From Anthoceros angustus (Eukaryota > Plantae > Anthocerotophyta), in the NCBI GenBank assembly GCA_010909165.1, contig MU008175.1, positions 124,001 to 188,000 of the forward strand: a stretch of DNA of 64,000 nucleotides, in the 5' to 3' direction. Positions 24,996-38,120 of the stretch are shown here, one piece after another. The position numbers were made by a program, and so were the translations under genes. The notes under the pieces were generated by a model. The model did no database searches and was not told the origin of the DNA. It saw only the letters and a list, made by a program, of their open reading frames with translations. How positions within the stretch are numbered: position 1 is the first letter of the stretch; each line of letters begins with the position of its first letter.

Positions 24996-27900
24996 ATGGA
25001 GGTGGAAAATGAGATTGCTCGGGTTCAGGAAGAGCGGCGGAAGGCCAGCGCCGCTCTCACTTCAGTGAGCTTTGATAAGGACCTGTACGGTGCTGGAAAC
25101 CGGTTTGAGGGCTATGAGCAGTCCATTCCTGTGAACGAGGAGGATGAGGACACGGATGTGAATCAGCTGGATATCAATTCTAGGAAGCGGGCCTCTTACA
25201 CTGCCCCGAAGTCCGTGTTGCAGGATATTCCGAGGGGTGAAGTTGCGGAGGATGACGTTGTGAAGTCGCGGAAGATTATTGACAGGGAAGATGAGTATCG
25301 GAGGAGGAGGTTGGACAGGATCATTTCTCCAGATAGGAATGATGCTTTCGCTATGGGAGATAAGACTCCTGATCCTGCTGTTAGGACGTATGCGGATGTT
25401 ATGCAGGAGGAAGCATTGAAGCGGCAGAAGGAGGAAACGTTGAAGCTCATTGCGAAGAAGAAGCAAGATGAGTTGGAGAAAAGGGCCAAGGAGGAGTCCA
25501 GTGCCCCTACCAAAGCTCAGCAAGGAGCTAGTGCTGCTGCTGCTGCCGCCGCTGCGGCTGCTGCAGCCCAGGCTGCTGGCAAGCGCAGGAACAGGTGGGA
25601 TCTGTCCACTGAGCAGGAAGATGCCAAGAGGGCGAAGACATCGGAGTGGGATGCTCCAGATGCTACTCCCGGCCCTAGCCGGTGGGACGCGACACCAACT
25701 GCTGGACGTGCGGGTGTTGAATCCACTCCCAGTATTTCTAGAAGAAATCGCTGGGATGAGACCCCCACGCCTGGCCGACTGGCGGACGCTGATGCAACCC
25801 CTGCAGGAGCCGTGACGCCGGGTGCTACTCCGGCTGGGATGACCTGGGACGCCACACCTAAGGTGGGGGGCTTGGCTACTCCAACTCCCAAAAAGCAGCG
25901 GTCTCGCTGGGATGAAACTCCTGCGACTATGGGGAGTGCCACCCCTATGCTGGGAGCAACACCTGCAGCTTTCACACCTGGTGTTACTCCGGTTGGAGGG
26001 ATTGAGCTGGCAACACCTACTCCAACACAGATTGCCGCTCTGAGGGGGCCTATGACTCCGGAGCAATATAACATGCTGCGATGGGAGAAAGATATTGAAG
26101 AGCGGAATAGGCCTTTGTCAGACGAAGAGCTGGATGCCATGTTCCCCATGGATGGGTACCGAGTTCTGGAACCCCCTGCCTCCTATGTGCCCATCAGAAC
26201 GCCTGCTCGAAAGCTCCTAGCAACGCCAACTCCTTTGGGTGGCACACCCTTATATGCTATTCCAGAAGAAGATCGGGGTCAGCATTTTGATGTACCGAAG
26301 GAGGCCCCTGGGGGGCTGCCTTTTATGAAACCCGAAGATTATCAGTATTTTGGGGCTCTGTTGAATGAAAAAGAGGAGGAGGAGATGAGCCCGGAAGAAA
26401 GCAAGGAGAGGAAAATTATGAAGCTGTTGCTGAAGGTGAAGAATGGGACTCCACCCCAGAGGAAAACAGCCCTTCGACAGCTGACGGACAAGGCAAGAGA
26501 GTTTGGTGCGGGCCCCCTTTTTAACCAGATTCTACCCCTCCTCATGTCTCCCACCCTGGAAGATCAAGAGCGGCACCTTTTGGTAAAGGTGATTGACAGG
26601 GTGCTGTACAAGTTGGATGAGCTGGTCAGGCCGTTTGTGCACAAGGTTCTGGTGGTCATTGAACCTTTGCTCATAGATGAGGACTACTATGCACGAGTGG
26701 AGGGAAGGGAAATTATATCAAACTTGAGTAAGGCTGCAGGTCTAGCTACAATGATTGCTGCAATGAGACCTGATATTGACAATATTGATGAGTATGTGAG
26801 AAATACAACTGCCCGAGCTTTCAGTGTGGTTGCATCAGCTCTGGGTATCCCAGCTCTTTTGCCGTTTTTGAAGGCTGTTTGTCAGAGTAAGAAGTCATGG
26901 CAGGCAAGGCATACAGGTATAAAGATTGTGCAGCAGATTGCTATCTTGATGGGCTGTGCAGTCCTGCCACACTTGAGGTCTCTTGTGGAGATCATAGAAC
27001 ATGGACTCAACGACGAGAATCAAAAGGTCAGGACAATCACTGCTTTGTCTCTTGCAGCTTTGGCTGAAGCTGCAGCTCCATATGGTATTGAGAGCTTTGA
27101 CTCAGTGCTGAAACCCCTGTGGAAAGGTATCAGATCACATCGCGGTAAGGTGTTGGCAGCGTTCTTGAAAGCCATTGGATTCATTATTCCACTTATGGAT
27201 GCAATGTACGCCAGCTACTATACGAAGGAGGTTATGGTGATTCTGATCCGTGAGTTTCAGTCACCTGATGAGGAGATGAAAAAAATTGTGCTCAAGGTGG
27301 TCAAGCAATGTGTTAGTACCGAGGGTGTTGAAGCAGACTACATTCGAACAGAGATTCTTCCAGAGTTCTTCCGGAATTTTTGGGTGAGGCGGATGGCTCT
27401 CGATAGGCGAAATTATCGACAGCTTGTGGACACGACAGTGGAAATAGCAAATAAAGTGGGAGTTGCAGACATTGTCGGGAGGGTGGTTGAAGACCTCAAG
27501 GATGAGAGTGAGCCTTATCGCCGTATGGTGATGGAGACAATTGAGAAAGTGGTTGCAAACCTGGGAGCCTCAGATATTGATGCACGCCTTGAGGAGCTGC
27601 TCATAGATGGAATTTTGTATGCCTTCCAGGAACAAACTAGTGATGATGCGAATGTGATGCTCAATGGGTTTGGAACAGTTGTGAATGCCCTAGGACAGCG
27701 GGTAAAACCGTACCTGCCTCAAATTTGTGGTACAATCAAGTGGAGGCTAAACAATAAAAGTGCTAAAGTCCGACAGCAGGCTGCAGACCTTATTGCCCGA
27801 ATAGCTGTGGTCATGAAGCAGTGTCACGAGGAGCAACTCATGGGTCACTTGGGTGTTGTTCTCTATGAGTATCTCGGAGAGGAGTATCCAGAAGTGCTGG

Positions 27901-28844
27901 GGTCCATTCTTGGTGCATTGAAGGCCATAGTGAATGTCATTGGTATGACGAAGATGACACCACCGATCAAGGATTTGCTTCCACGTCTAACGCCAATTTT
28001 GAAGAACAGGCATGAGAAGGTGCAAGAAAACTGCATTGATCTTGTAGGTCGGATTGCTGACAGGGGTGCAGAGTTTGTTCCTGCTCGTGAATGGATGAGA
28101 ATATGTTTTGAGCTCTTGGAGATGCTAAAGGCTCACAAGAAAGGCATTCGTCGAGCTACAGTGAACACATTTGGGTACATTGCGAAAGCAATTGGCCCTC
28201 AGGATGTTCTTGCAACTCTCTTGAATAACCTCAAGGTGCAGGAGCGGCAAAACCGCGTTTGCACAACCGTGGCTATCGCCATTGTTGCAGAGACGTGCTC
28301 ACCCTTCACTGTACTTCCAGCTCTCATGAATGAGTATAGGGTGCCGGAGCTGAATGTGCAAAATGGAGTGTTGAAGTCTCTATCGTTTCTGTTTGAGTAC
28401 ATCGGTGAAATGGGGAAGGATTATATCTATGCAGTGACACCTCTTTTGGAGGATGCTCTTATGGACAGAGATCTTGTGCATCGGCAGACAGCAGCGTCTG
28501 CTGTTAAGCATATGGCTCTGGGCGTTGCTGGGCTGGGTTGTGAAGATGCATTGATCCATCTGCTTAATTATGTTTGGCCAAACATTTTTGAGACCTCTCC
28601 TCATGTCATCAATGCAGTGATGGAGGCTATCGAAGGCATGCGCGTCGCATTGGGACCTGCTGTCATTCTTAACTACTGCCTTCAGGGTCTGTTCCATCCA
28701 GCGCGCAAGGTCCGGGAGGTGTACTGGAAGATCTACAACTCATTGTATATTGGTGCGCAGGATGGCCTAGTCGCTGCGTATCCAGTTTTAGAGGATGACC
28801 CTAACAACGTGTATAGCAGGCCAGAGCTGATGATGTTTATCTAA
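24996..28844 (+). CDS. SF3B1: Splicing factor 3B subunit 1 (U2 snRNP), 1282 aa, uninterrupted CDS
   Basis: RWDETP ULM repeats, [34 protein letters not shown] repeats to [13 protein letters not shown] at 24996 follows the 5'UTR intron acceptor. Confidence 0.98.
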   Translation: MEVENEIARVQEERRKASAALTSVSFDKDLYGAGNRFEGYEQSIPVNEEDEDTDVNQLDINSRKRASYTAPKSVLQDIPRGEVAEDDVVKSRKIIDREDEYRRRRLDRIISPDRNDAFAMGDKTPDPAVRTYADVMQEEALKRQKEETLKLIAKKKQDELEKRAKEESSAPTKAQQGASAAAAAAAAAAAAQAAGKRRNRWDLSTEQEDAKRAKTSEWDAPDATPGPSRWDATPTAGRAGVESTPSISRRNRWDETPTPGRLADADATPAGAVTPGATPAGMTWDATPKVGGLATPTPKKQRSRWDETPATMGSATPMLGATPAAFTPGVTPVGGIELATPTPTQIAALRGPMTPEQYNMLRWEKDIEERNRPLSDEELDAMFPMDGYRVLEPPASYVPIRTPARKLLATPTPLGGTPLYAIPEEDRGQHFDVPKEAPGGLPFMKPEDYQYFGALLNEKEEEEMSPEESKERKIMKLLLKVKNGTPPQRKTALRQLTDKAREFGAGPLFNQILPLLMSPTLEDQERHLLVKVIDRVLYKLDELVRPFVHKVLVVIEPLLIDEDYYARVEGREIISNLSKAAGLATMIAAMRPDIDNIDEYVRNTTARAFSVVASALGIPALLPFLKAVCQSKKSWQARHTGIKIVQQIAILMGCAVLPHLRSLVEIIEHGLNDENQKVRTITALSLAALAEAAAPYGIESFDSVLKPLWKGIRSHRGKVLAAFLKAIGFIIPLMDAMYASYYTKEVMVILIREFQSPDEEMKKIVLKVVKQCVSTEGVEADYIRTEILPEFFRNFWVRRMALDRRNYRQLVDTTVEIANKVGVADIVGRVVEDLKDESEPYRRMVMETIEKVVANLGASDIDARLEELLIDGILYAFQEQTSDDANVMLNGFGTVVNALGQRVKPYLPQICGTIKWRLNNKSAKVRQQAADLIARIAVVMKQCHEEQLMGHLGVVLYEYLGEEYPEVLGSILGALKAIVNVIGMTKMTPPIKDLLPRLTPILKNRHEKVQENCIDLVGRIADRGAEFVPAREWMRICFELLEMLKAHKKGIRRATVNTFGYIAKAIGPQDVLATLLNNLKVQERQNRVCTTVAIAIVAETCSPFTVLPALMNEYRVPELNVQNGVLKSLSFLFEYIGEMGKDYIYAVTPLLEDALMDRDLVHRQTAASAVKHMALGVAGLGCEDALIHLLNYVWPNIFETSPHVINAVMEAIEGMRVALGPAVILNYCLQGLFHPARKVREVYWKIYNSLYIGAQDGLVAAYPVLEDDPNNVYSRPELMMFI

Positions 28845-30349
28845 GTTCAGCCTGCAAACTCTATTAACGTTTCCGTTGTTCTTTGAATTCCACTGTTTCT
28901 TCTATTCCCGAACGTTCCTGTTCTTTTGCTCCTGTCGTTTCGCATGTCTAGTCTGTAGCAGGCCAGAGCTGCTGATGTTTATCAAAGTTCAGGCTGCAAA
29001 CTCTTTGACGTTTTCGTTGTACTATGAAATCCATGCGTATGCTATTCCCAAACATCTGTGCTTGGGCTCTTGGCGTTTCTCGCGCCATTTCCATTGTGGT
29101 ACTGTCAGCTCGTGTAGGGGTACCGATGTTTGATCTGATAAGTTGAAGTGCTCCGCATTCCACGTGTTGAAGCTGATCCCGTCACTTCCATTCTGCATCT
29201 TCCCTGTCAGTTGGGTGTCTGGTGATATGATGGACCGGAAGACCCTCCGATGATGTGCTCCGTAGCCCACGTCCTTAAGGTTTACGCGGCACTCCCATCT
29301 GGAAGTGCCCGATTTTGTTGGGTAGAGTAACATATGGGCTTCCGGACGCGGCACTTCATCCGGACACTCGTTTTTCAATGCAATAACCGGACGTTTTTGT
29401 AAGATTTCATCCATTTCTTTGGTTTCTACTCAAGTTTCTGGTCCTCGAAGCTAGTACCTGGTGAATATATTGAAATCCAATTCTGGTGGATTCTCCATCA
29501 AGAGCTGATAAAAAAGGATTGCAATAAACTCTTATTTTAAGCTTATGTACTTTGAATGTAAGGGGATTGGTGGTGTTTGGTTAGTGTCTTAATGCCTCCA
29601 AGTGCTCAAATTGAGACTCTTTAGGTGGCAAAAGACTCTTGCCGCCTAAATTCACAAGTGTTAATTATCGCAGCTCTTCACTCTTCTAATTGCCCTTTGC
29701 TCCCCCAAAGTCTACACGACCACAAGCGTGTAGTCAACAGAGATTCTGAAAGCTAGAGCTGGAATTGAGCTACTCCCTACATTCCATTGCACTTGCCCCA
29801 CCCCTTCTTCTGCAATTGCATCTGATTTTTTATGTATATATCTTCTCAGGTGAACTGAACACGGAGATAACCAGACCTCGTTATGAAATAGCAAAAAAAC
29901 CTATAGGCAATCCTTTGCCGTTGGCCGGTGCTCTTGTGATGTACTCGTGCTTGTCTATAGTGGTAACCATATTGATAGTCTCCCTCCCAACTACCACCCT
30001 TGCTACCACTTCTCTAGTACTCTGCCTTGCAGTCATTGCATTGTGTTGGTTTTTGTAAGTGCCCACTCTATTTGATCAAAGTACGTAACACGTCTCTCCG
30101 AGTGCAAGCGTTTCTGGCTCTTCCTCGTAATCACAAAAAATGCTAAACATACGTACACTTACATCCATGTATCTAGAAAGGAACAATCAAAACTACTGAC
30201 GATATACCAATACGATATGTCTCAATGGCACACACTATACCACAGGTGTGTCTGTTCTCCCAGCTACAAGCTCCATGAAAGTCGGCTGCTTCTTTTTGGT
30301 TGGAAGCTTCCAACTGCTCTTAGATTCCCAAAACACAAGCTTCCTTTTC

Positions 30350-32700
30350 AAGTTGTTGTCAGAATTGTGGGATCAGCCAAGATAGACAGTGTCGGCAGCA
30401 TGGTCTTCCCTTCTGCCTCCGCTCCTAGACTCTCTAGCTGCCTGATCATTTGTTGGAATAAACATGTTGCATGTTGTTGCAGAAAAGGCCACTTCTCTAA
30501 CACGGCTATCAAATGTTGGCACAAATTTCCTATGTTTGGAGTTGCATCCATTAATTTTCCTGCTGCCTGTGTGGTTGACTCTTCAAGAGTGTGCAAGAAG
30601 GTAGTGCACCATGGCTTACTGCCGCTACCCCTATGTCACGAGAGAGATAATTCTCCCACAAGTTCGTACCTGCATCTTGATTAATCCGCATGCAAGGTTG
30701 TCGAAATTGTGTTTGAGCCTGTGCAACCTCAGAGTACCTAGCAAGTAATTTGTGAGTGGGGACTACTTTGTCCATTACCATCATGACCTTCAACTGGTGC
30801 TTGCACATAAAGCCTCTTGTCCCTTGCTTACATGTGCAATACCCCCAGGGCGTTCCAGCACCACTGACTGTATACTAGCGCACTCTTCCACGGTCCTGAC
30901 TTTGCACATATGCAAGGTTAGGAGATGCTGTGGTTGGTAAGAACACATCATTGTCTACGATGCTCATTGCTTTTTGGAAGGCACTCTTTATTATTTGCTC
31001 TTGCTTCAAGTTCCTAATCATGCCAATTGCTTTACATTGTGCCATATACCAGAAATGTCTATTCACCTCCTCGAACAAAATGTGCAGGAGCCAATCTAAA
31101 CGCCGGTTATGAAGGGTTTTTTTGGAAAGCAAGCATCTGTACTTCAAATGCTTGTGGTATGCCTCAATGGACGAGTTGCAATCCTGCCCTGCATGTGGCA
31201 CTGTACGCATAGCTTTAATCCACTGATGCATGTTAGAGCCCCATTGATCCTTAAAGTACCTGACAAAATTACCAGCCAACTCATGAAAGGTAGCATTGAA
31301 GTGTCCCAACCTTTCCGTGCCAGCTCAATTCACATCTATGCTATCATCAAGGTCCATATGCATAATGTCGCCCAACGACTTTCATGATGGCATGTCTTGT
31401 GTAGGGTTCCTCTACCTTTTTCAACAATTTCTGTAACCAGGCTCTCCTAACATGCCACAAGCATAAACAGAGTTGCATAGATGTTCCAAACACAACTTGA
31501 ATGACATTAATTTCCGCCAAACAATCATCTACTAGAAAAGCAGTGGGCTGCCATTCAAACTTTTGTCGTACCATCTTTCCACGCAAGGAATGCAATCACT
31601 GTAAAATGTCGTGTGTTGTGGCCTTACTTGTGATGACCCAAGCCACAGGAATGCCGTTGAAGTGGTCATCAAAAACCAAAAGTGTGAAGAGCTGGAACTT
31701 CCATTTGTTGGTGCCAAATGTGGCATCCATAGCAATGATCGAGTTGTGACCCCAACGAAGCATTGCCTGCATTTGAAAATCACTCTGGATGCTTAACATG
31801 AAGTCTGTGGCATGGTCCTCTGTTCCAGGCAGTGGGTAGAACACTTCGGATCTATGGATATCCATCCATAACTTGACACTCACCTCATCTGTTGCATGGA
31901 AATGCCACACCCTGGCATCAAGTTCAGCTTGTAAATTCCTAATGTCCCTTGGAAGGAGAAAATCATCCCTCTCAAGGATTGCTTGTGGATCACGATGCTT
32001 CCGTAGGAAAACATCAGACTCATGATCTTTCAAGATCTGAAAGGCTGTTGTCTTACACAACAACTTGTACTTCACCCATTCCTTCTTGGCAGCAGAAAAG
32101 TAAGGAGCAAGGGTGCAGTTTGGATCTGAGTTACTGGCAAACAAACCATAACAATACTGCCCTGACGAATCAATGTGGTGCCCTTCATGTAATCTTAGTT
32201 CAGCCACATCACGGAACATTTCAATCTGGCTCACAAACACCAGAAATTGGCACCTTCGCCTCTTACTCTCCCCACACACTATCTTAGAGCGCCTGCTGCC
32301 AACGCCTGTCTTTGGCTTGTTAGTTAGATCAACACAAACTTCCGATTCAAGAGAACTGTACTTCCAGTAACTATAAGCACAACTGAACTTCATGTAATGG
32401 CAAGGAGTGGTAGGAGAGATTGCATTTTGCCTGATGCCTGACCTTGTCTACACATTTATTCTTATCAACTTTGTTGGAAAGAATTTTGATGACTCCTCAC
32501 TAAAGGTGAAATCTTGATGTATACACCAAGGAATGTAACAAGTTTTAACGAGACTGACTTTCTTCCGAACTGTGTGCACAACATCTTGTCATTCCAGGGT
32601 TTCCCTTGAGAAGGGATCCGAGCAGGGAGTTTGAACAATAAAAGGGCACACTTGGGGCTGAACAAGATAAGGTGCAATTGTACTCTTAGCTCCCACCATG
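30350..32700 (-). mobile_element. Mutator-like (MULE) transposase with SWIM finger, pseudogenised
   Basis: AMDATFGTNKWKFQLFTLLVFDDHFNGIPVAW, FLVDDCLAEIN, LCLWHVRRAW, NSSIEAYHKHLK..RRLDWL, CKH. In-frame stop at 31596 plus frameshifts; TIRs not found. Confidence 0.9.
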
Positions 32701-33459
32701 CTCCCTACAATCCACAATCAAGCCGATTCGACTGTTAGAGTGCACGGAAATTAAAACGCTCAATTGTGCAAGCATGAGACGCAATTGGGAAAAGAGTCAT
32801 GAGATAGGTGGGACGCCTACGGTCATCGCGGGCCGAACCCAAGCTCAACTTTTGGAAGGGAGTTGTGACATTTCCTCTTCCCGGAGTAGAGGTATGATGT
32901 TAAAGACGAGATCCGAGGTTTATGTTAGGAATACAGTCGATTACGGTGAATACAGTGACACGAGACGGACTGGATTACGGTGGCATGGGCGAAGCCTTGG
33001 CTTTCGTAATCGGAGCGTAATCAGAGCTTTGATGGGCAACGGTAGACATGTCATGGTGAACGGCGGAAAGGCCGTGTGGATGGTGACATGGCCGCTGCGG
33101 TAAAGAGGAGTGTGATGCGACCAATGACATGACCGTTGCGGATGTGGTATGGTGGCCATGTGGAGCTGTGCTTTGGATTCCGTGTCCACATTAACTTTGT
33201 AGTGACTAATAGCACCTGCGCCCGGGCTGGGTCTCGGGAAATGCGCACCGAGTCCTAATTTTAAGAAAGTATTTTAATTACTTTCATTCATCCAATCTAG
33301 GTACCTACATATCGTGCCCACGCTTCACCTCCCTTCGGTTTCTTTCATAATCCTGGCTTGCTCGCTATGTGCATCTAGCCGGATAGGGTTGTGGAGCTTA
33401 GGGGTCTTCTTGGATTCCTTTATTTTCGTATTTAATTTAGTTTTTTAATCTCTTATTTA

Positions 33460-34119
33460 TAGATAAGTTTTTATAGATGATGTTAACCATGCTTCTAAGG
33501 CTCGGGCGGAATCCGCAGAGCAGTTGGAACAGGTCCCGGGTAATGCAACAAACCCTGCGTGTTGCAGTGCAGCGAGCGGTGAGTATGCTCGCGCCAGGCT
33601 CTTCGACCCTCCCTAGCCCGCTTACGAGGAGAGCATTGTTGCCCTCCGTGCCCTCCATCCAGCACGCAAGGATGCCATCCCCCCGGACATATCTGACTAC
33701 ATCCCGGAGGATCCCTTCTCCCTGGATCGGGCAGCTTTTGCTCTGGCACTCTCTACGACCCCACGTCTTTCCTGCCGGGTTATCAGGAATGGTGTTTGAA
33801 CACCTCAGGGACCTTTTTCTCCCCGAAGATCCATCTAGTGGCTTCCCAGAGCTCTTTTCTCTGGCCGCTGCGGTGGCTCGGGGTGAGACGCCTCACCGGA
33901 TTTCCCATGTTCTTGCAGCTAGCAGGCTTGTCGCTATGGACAAGCCTGCCCCAGGCTCGGGCGTGCGCCCACTCGCGGTCGGGAAGCCTTCATGCGGCTA
34001 CTCAGCCGCACTATTGCCCTTCAGTGCCGCTCTCTTCTTCAGCAGCACCTCAACCCCCTTCAATTTGGCATTGCCACTCCAGGGGGCTGTGAATCTGTGG
34101 TGCTTGGAGTGAAGGCATG
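33460..34119 (+). mobile_element. CRE-like non-LTR retrotransposon copy 2, 5' part (interrupted at 34120)
   Basis: GEYAR, ALRALHP, GLSGMVFEHLRD, ASRLVAMDKP..GVRPLAVG, PLQFGIATPGGCESVVLGVKAC; continues at 47346. Confidence 0.9.
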
Positions 34120-34703
34120 TGTCGCGCCACGGCCGCATAGCGGACATGGCAGCATGCCATCCTATCAAAATCCGCAAAACAAAAAGTCTTTTAACTACTT
34201 GCTATCAACTCATAACCTTGGGCCACATGCGTCATCACCACCTCCGTCTCACTGCGTTTACAAATGTCTGGCTGTTCTATTGAATCAGACATCAACAATC
34301 CGTCCTCAATGACGGATTCTGGCCTTTGTAGCCTACACCGCCGATCTTAATTCGGCCCGAATTCAAGCCGTGATCACACCCGCACATGTCGGAGATCTTC
34401 GCCGAGCCGTAATTGCGCTTGTGATATTACGCTTGTATGGTCCACATAACCACGACACCATCCTATTTCCATACCCATGCCACTCATCATGCCACCACAC
34501 ACAGCACGCACACCATCACACTCGATTCTTATCTACCTCTTTCTACCACTGCGTGCCATGCGGTCATCGCCACGGCGCATAGCGGACATGGCGGCATGCC
34601 ATCCTATCAAAATCCACAAAACAAAAGTCTTTTAACTACTTGCTATCAACTCATAACCTTGGGCCATGCGTCATCACCACCTCGTCTCCTGCGTTTACAA
34701 ATG
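34120..34703. repeat. Terminal repeat block A1(34120-34266)-B1(34267-34560)-A2(34563-34703)
   Basis: A (GCCACGG..ATAGCGGACATGG..GCGTTTACAAATG) occurs twice here; B matches the far terminus 47041-47345. Confidence 0.9.
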
Positions 34704-37300
34704 GCCCCCGCCAAAGTTAATTGCTCGTATGGCGGCGTCATGTTGTAAGCACCACTTTGGCACTCTCAAATGCCGTAGAATCGTCGGTAAAACCTTGAAC
34801 ATGCCATCCCTTAGTTGTGGTTCCGGCGGTTTATCGTGATCCATTCTCCACAGTGCTAATAACGACCACCGTCGCTCTTCCGGATCGAAATACTCATCAA
34901 CTTGTGCTTTGCCCAACGTGCCCGTTCTTTGCTCGATGCGCGCCATGAGTTCTTCTTCTTCATCGCTATCTAGTTCGGTCTTCACCCTAGGCGGTTGCCA
35001 CCCATTCAAACCATTTACATAATCTTTTTCGATACATGCCCTCGGATAATCACCCACATTGTCGTTCGGAAGATACCAAGATTCGGTGGCTTCATCCCAT
35101 TCCAACACTCTGCACAAGCAAACAAACACCAGAAAGCTCGTGGGTGCAGGTGCGAAACGTCACCTTTTCTCTGCAAGTGACTTAGCCAAACTTTCGGACT
35201 TCAGGTCGCTGGTTTTCCTTGTGCACATTAAGAACCCTTGATGGGCGGTGATCAAACACGATGCATGAGCGGTGATGTTCCGATTTGAAAGGCCCTTCAC
35301 GATGGCGGTCCACACGAAGCTTTGCTGTTCATGCCCCTTCCGCCGACTCAAAAGATCTCTATGATCATAAGGAAAACTCTCTATGTTGCAGCCCTCATGG
35401 TGTGATTCCATATACAGCAAAAATGCTTGCAACTCGAATGTCTCGGTCGTTCGGGTTTACCGGTGATACTTCCTTACCAGCGGTGTTTTCCACTTGTCTT
35501 CCCATGGCACTAAAATTGCGGAACACTTGTGCTCATTCTCCGGAAGCATGATTTGCAAGTGTGGTGCCTTCCATATCCATGTCAACCACATGTTGTCCCC
35601 ACGAGAACCCTCTTTGATGCTCTCGAATTTGGAAAGCGGGTGTTGTTAGTGTTGGTCAAACAACCATATGGTGGTTGATTCACGGAAGACTACTATGTTT
35701 GCAATCGGCCTTGCAAAGCGAGTGTCTTGCTTGTTAGTCAACACAAGGCGATTGCAATGAATGTCACTTGGTCTTACACATGTCACCCTTGTCACTTGCC
35801 GTCTACATAACAAACATACCATGCACCCTCTCTCGTGCTCACATCCGGACACTTGATGCCATGACCACCTTCGCTTGTTCTTCACCCCAATTCTTACGTG
35901 ATCACCGCCTTTTCACTTTTGTCACTTGAGCTGCCTCTTATCCCTATCTACACCGCAACTACATACGTGCTTCGATTACCGCTCGATTCGTGCCGCTACG
36001 ATGTTCCATCGTCATCGCCTTCCTTCACCGCAACAACTCGTTGATGTCCCGGATCAGCCGCCTTCCTTGCTTCGCACCCACGCGGTCACCGCAATTAGCT
36101 TTCTCCCACATGCACCGTGATGACCGCCGTTCACCTTCTCGCACCCACACGCCGCTCTTCCGGATCGAAATACTCATCAACTTGTGCTTTGCCCAACGTG
36201 CCCGTTCTTTCGCTCGATGCGCCATGAGTTCTTCTTCTTCATCGCTATCTAGTTCGTCTTCACCCTAGGCGGTTGCCACCCATTCAAACCATTTACATAA
36301 TCTTGTTTTCGATACATGCCCTCGGATAATCACCCACATTGTCGTTCGAAGATACCAAGATTCGGTGGCTTCATCCCATTCCAACACTCCATGTAAGCAA
36401 ACAAACACCACAGAAAGCTCATTGGGTGAAAGCGTCGCCTTTTCTGCAGTGACTTAGCCAAACTTTCGGACTTCGTAGGTCGCTGGTTTTCCTTGTGTAC
36501 ATTAAGAACCCTTGGTGGGCGGTGATCAAACACGATGCATGAGCGGTGATGTTCCAGTTTTGAAAGGCCCTTCACGATGGCGGTCCACGAAGCTTTGCTG
36601 TTCATGCCCCTTCTCACCCGACTCAAAAGATCTCTATGATCATAAGGAAAACTCTCTATGTTGCAGCCCTCATGGTGTGATTCCATATACAAAAATGCTT
36701 GCAACTCGAATGTCTCGGTCGTTCGGGTTTACCGGTGATACTTCCTTACCAGGTGTTTTCCACTTGTCTTCCCATGGCACTGGAAATTGCGGAACACTTG
36801 TGCTCATTCTCCGGAAGCATGATTTGCAAGTGTGGTGCCTTCCATATCCATGTCAACCACATGTTGTCCCCAACGAGAACCCTCTTTGATGCTCTCGAAT
36901 TTGGAAAGCGGGTGTTGTTAGTGTTGGTCAAACAACCATATGGTGGTTGATTCTCGAAGACTACCTATGTTTGCAATCGGCCTTGCAAAGCGAGTGTCTT
37001 GCTTGTTAGTCAACACAAGGTGGCACGATTGCAACAGAATGTCACTTGGTCTTACACGTATCGTCACCTTCACTTGTCTACATAACAAACATGCCATGCA
37101 CCTCTCTCGTGCTCACATCCGGACTTGATGCCATGACCACCTTCGCTTGTTCTTCACCCCAATTCTTACGTGATCACCGCCTTTTCACTTTTGTCACTTG
37201 AGCTGCCTCTTATCCCTATCTACTGCACTACCGCCTTGTTAACAACTCGATTACCGCTCGATCGTGCCTCGGCTACGATGTTCCATCGTCATCGCCTTCC
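34695..37300 (-). pseudogene. Extra sense-strand ORF downstream of pol, unknown function, frameshifted, partly duplicated (period ~1280 bp)
   Basis: Fragments KRVLVGDNMWLTWIWKAPHLQIMLPE, QQSFVWTAIVKGLS, VLEWDEATESWYLPNDNVGDYPRACIEKDYVNGLNGWQPP; ~34873-36140 repeats at ~36153-37410. Confidence 0.55.
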
Positions 37301-37987
37301 TTCACAACAACTCGTTGTTCTGTCGGTCGAGCCTTCGCTTCGCACCCACACGCGGTCACGCACTATTTCTCTCCCACATGCACCGTGATGACCCCTGGTT
37401 CACCTTCTCGCCGCTACGGATCGATGCACTCACACTGTATTTCTCCGATTGTCGGGCCTTCTCCAATGGATCGCTGAATCCTCCAGTCTATTGTAGAATC
37501 CTCCTTTGTGCCCGCCAATCCTCCGTCCACACCTTTACTTCCCTTGCGCTCGCCAACTGTCGTCTCACACAACCCGCATATCGATAAGGCAAGTAACGGG
37601 TTTTATAGACCTTCCCTTTAGTGACTCTCTTCCGCACCCACACGCGGTCACCGCAATTAGCTTTCTCCCACATGCACCGTGATGACCGCCGTTCACCTTC
37701 TCGCACCGCCACCGCAGATCGATGCACTCACACCGTATTTCTCCAGATTGTCGCCTTCTCCAATGGATCAATCCTCCGCCTATTGTAGAATCCTCCTTCG
37801 TGCCCGCCAATCCGTCCACACCTTTACTTCCTTGCGCCGCCAACCCACTGACGTCTCACACAACCCGCATCGATAAGGCAAGTAACGGGTTTTATAGACC
37901 TTCCCTTTAGTGACTCTCTTCCCGCACGCCCACACCGTGAGTGCGCGTTTACAGCCCCAGCTTCTTTCCGCCTAACTTTTCCGTCGT

Positions 37988-38120
37988 GCATTTGTGACAA
38001 AACCATTCTCCTTCCGGATCGCTTTCAGCGGTCGAAGACAAAAGACATGATGTCCTTGGTTGCCTTTGGTCACACAACATTAGTTGGGTCGGTGATTTGA
38101 CCACGGTGTTCGCCGCAGCG
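37988..38120 (-). other. PHD zinc finger at the C-terminus of integrase
   Basis: Across two small frameshifts: QLMLCDQ(C)NQGHHVFCLRP-LKAI(P)EGEWFCHKC; not visible in the ORF track. Confidence 0.85.

Noticed and set aside
25062-26149. Antisense ORFs of 334 and 210 aa over SF3B1
   Set aside because: Shadow frames of a conserved coding region.
24996-28844. SF3B1 as a retrocopy because the CDS has no introns
   Set aside because: The ORF is intact, has a 5'UTR intron, and shows no poly-A or TSD.
32920-33260. Possible solo LTR (TGTTAGGA...TCCTAA) or MULE TIR
   Set aside because: No terminal CA, no TSD, no partner repeat in the window.
33447-33457. AATCTCTTATT as TSD of CRE copy 2 (also at 49310-49320)
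   Set aside because: Nearly the same sequence forms the 3' end of copy 1, so it may belong to the element; ambiguous.
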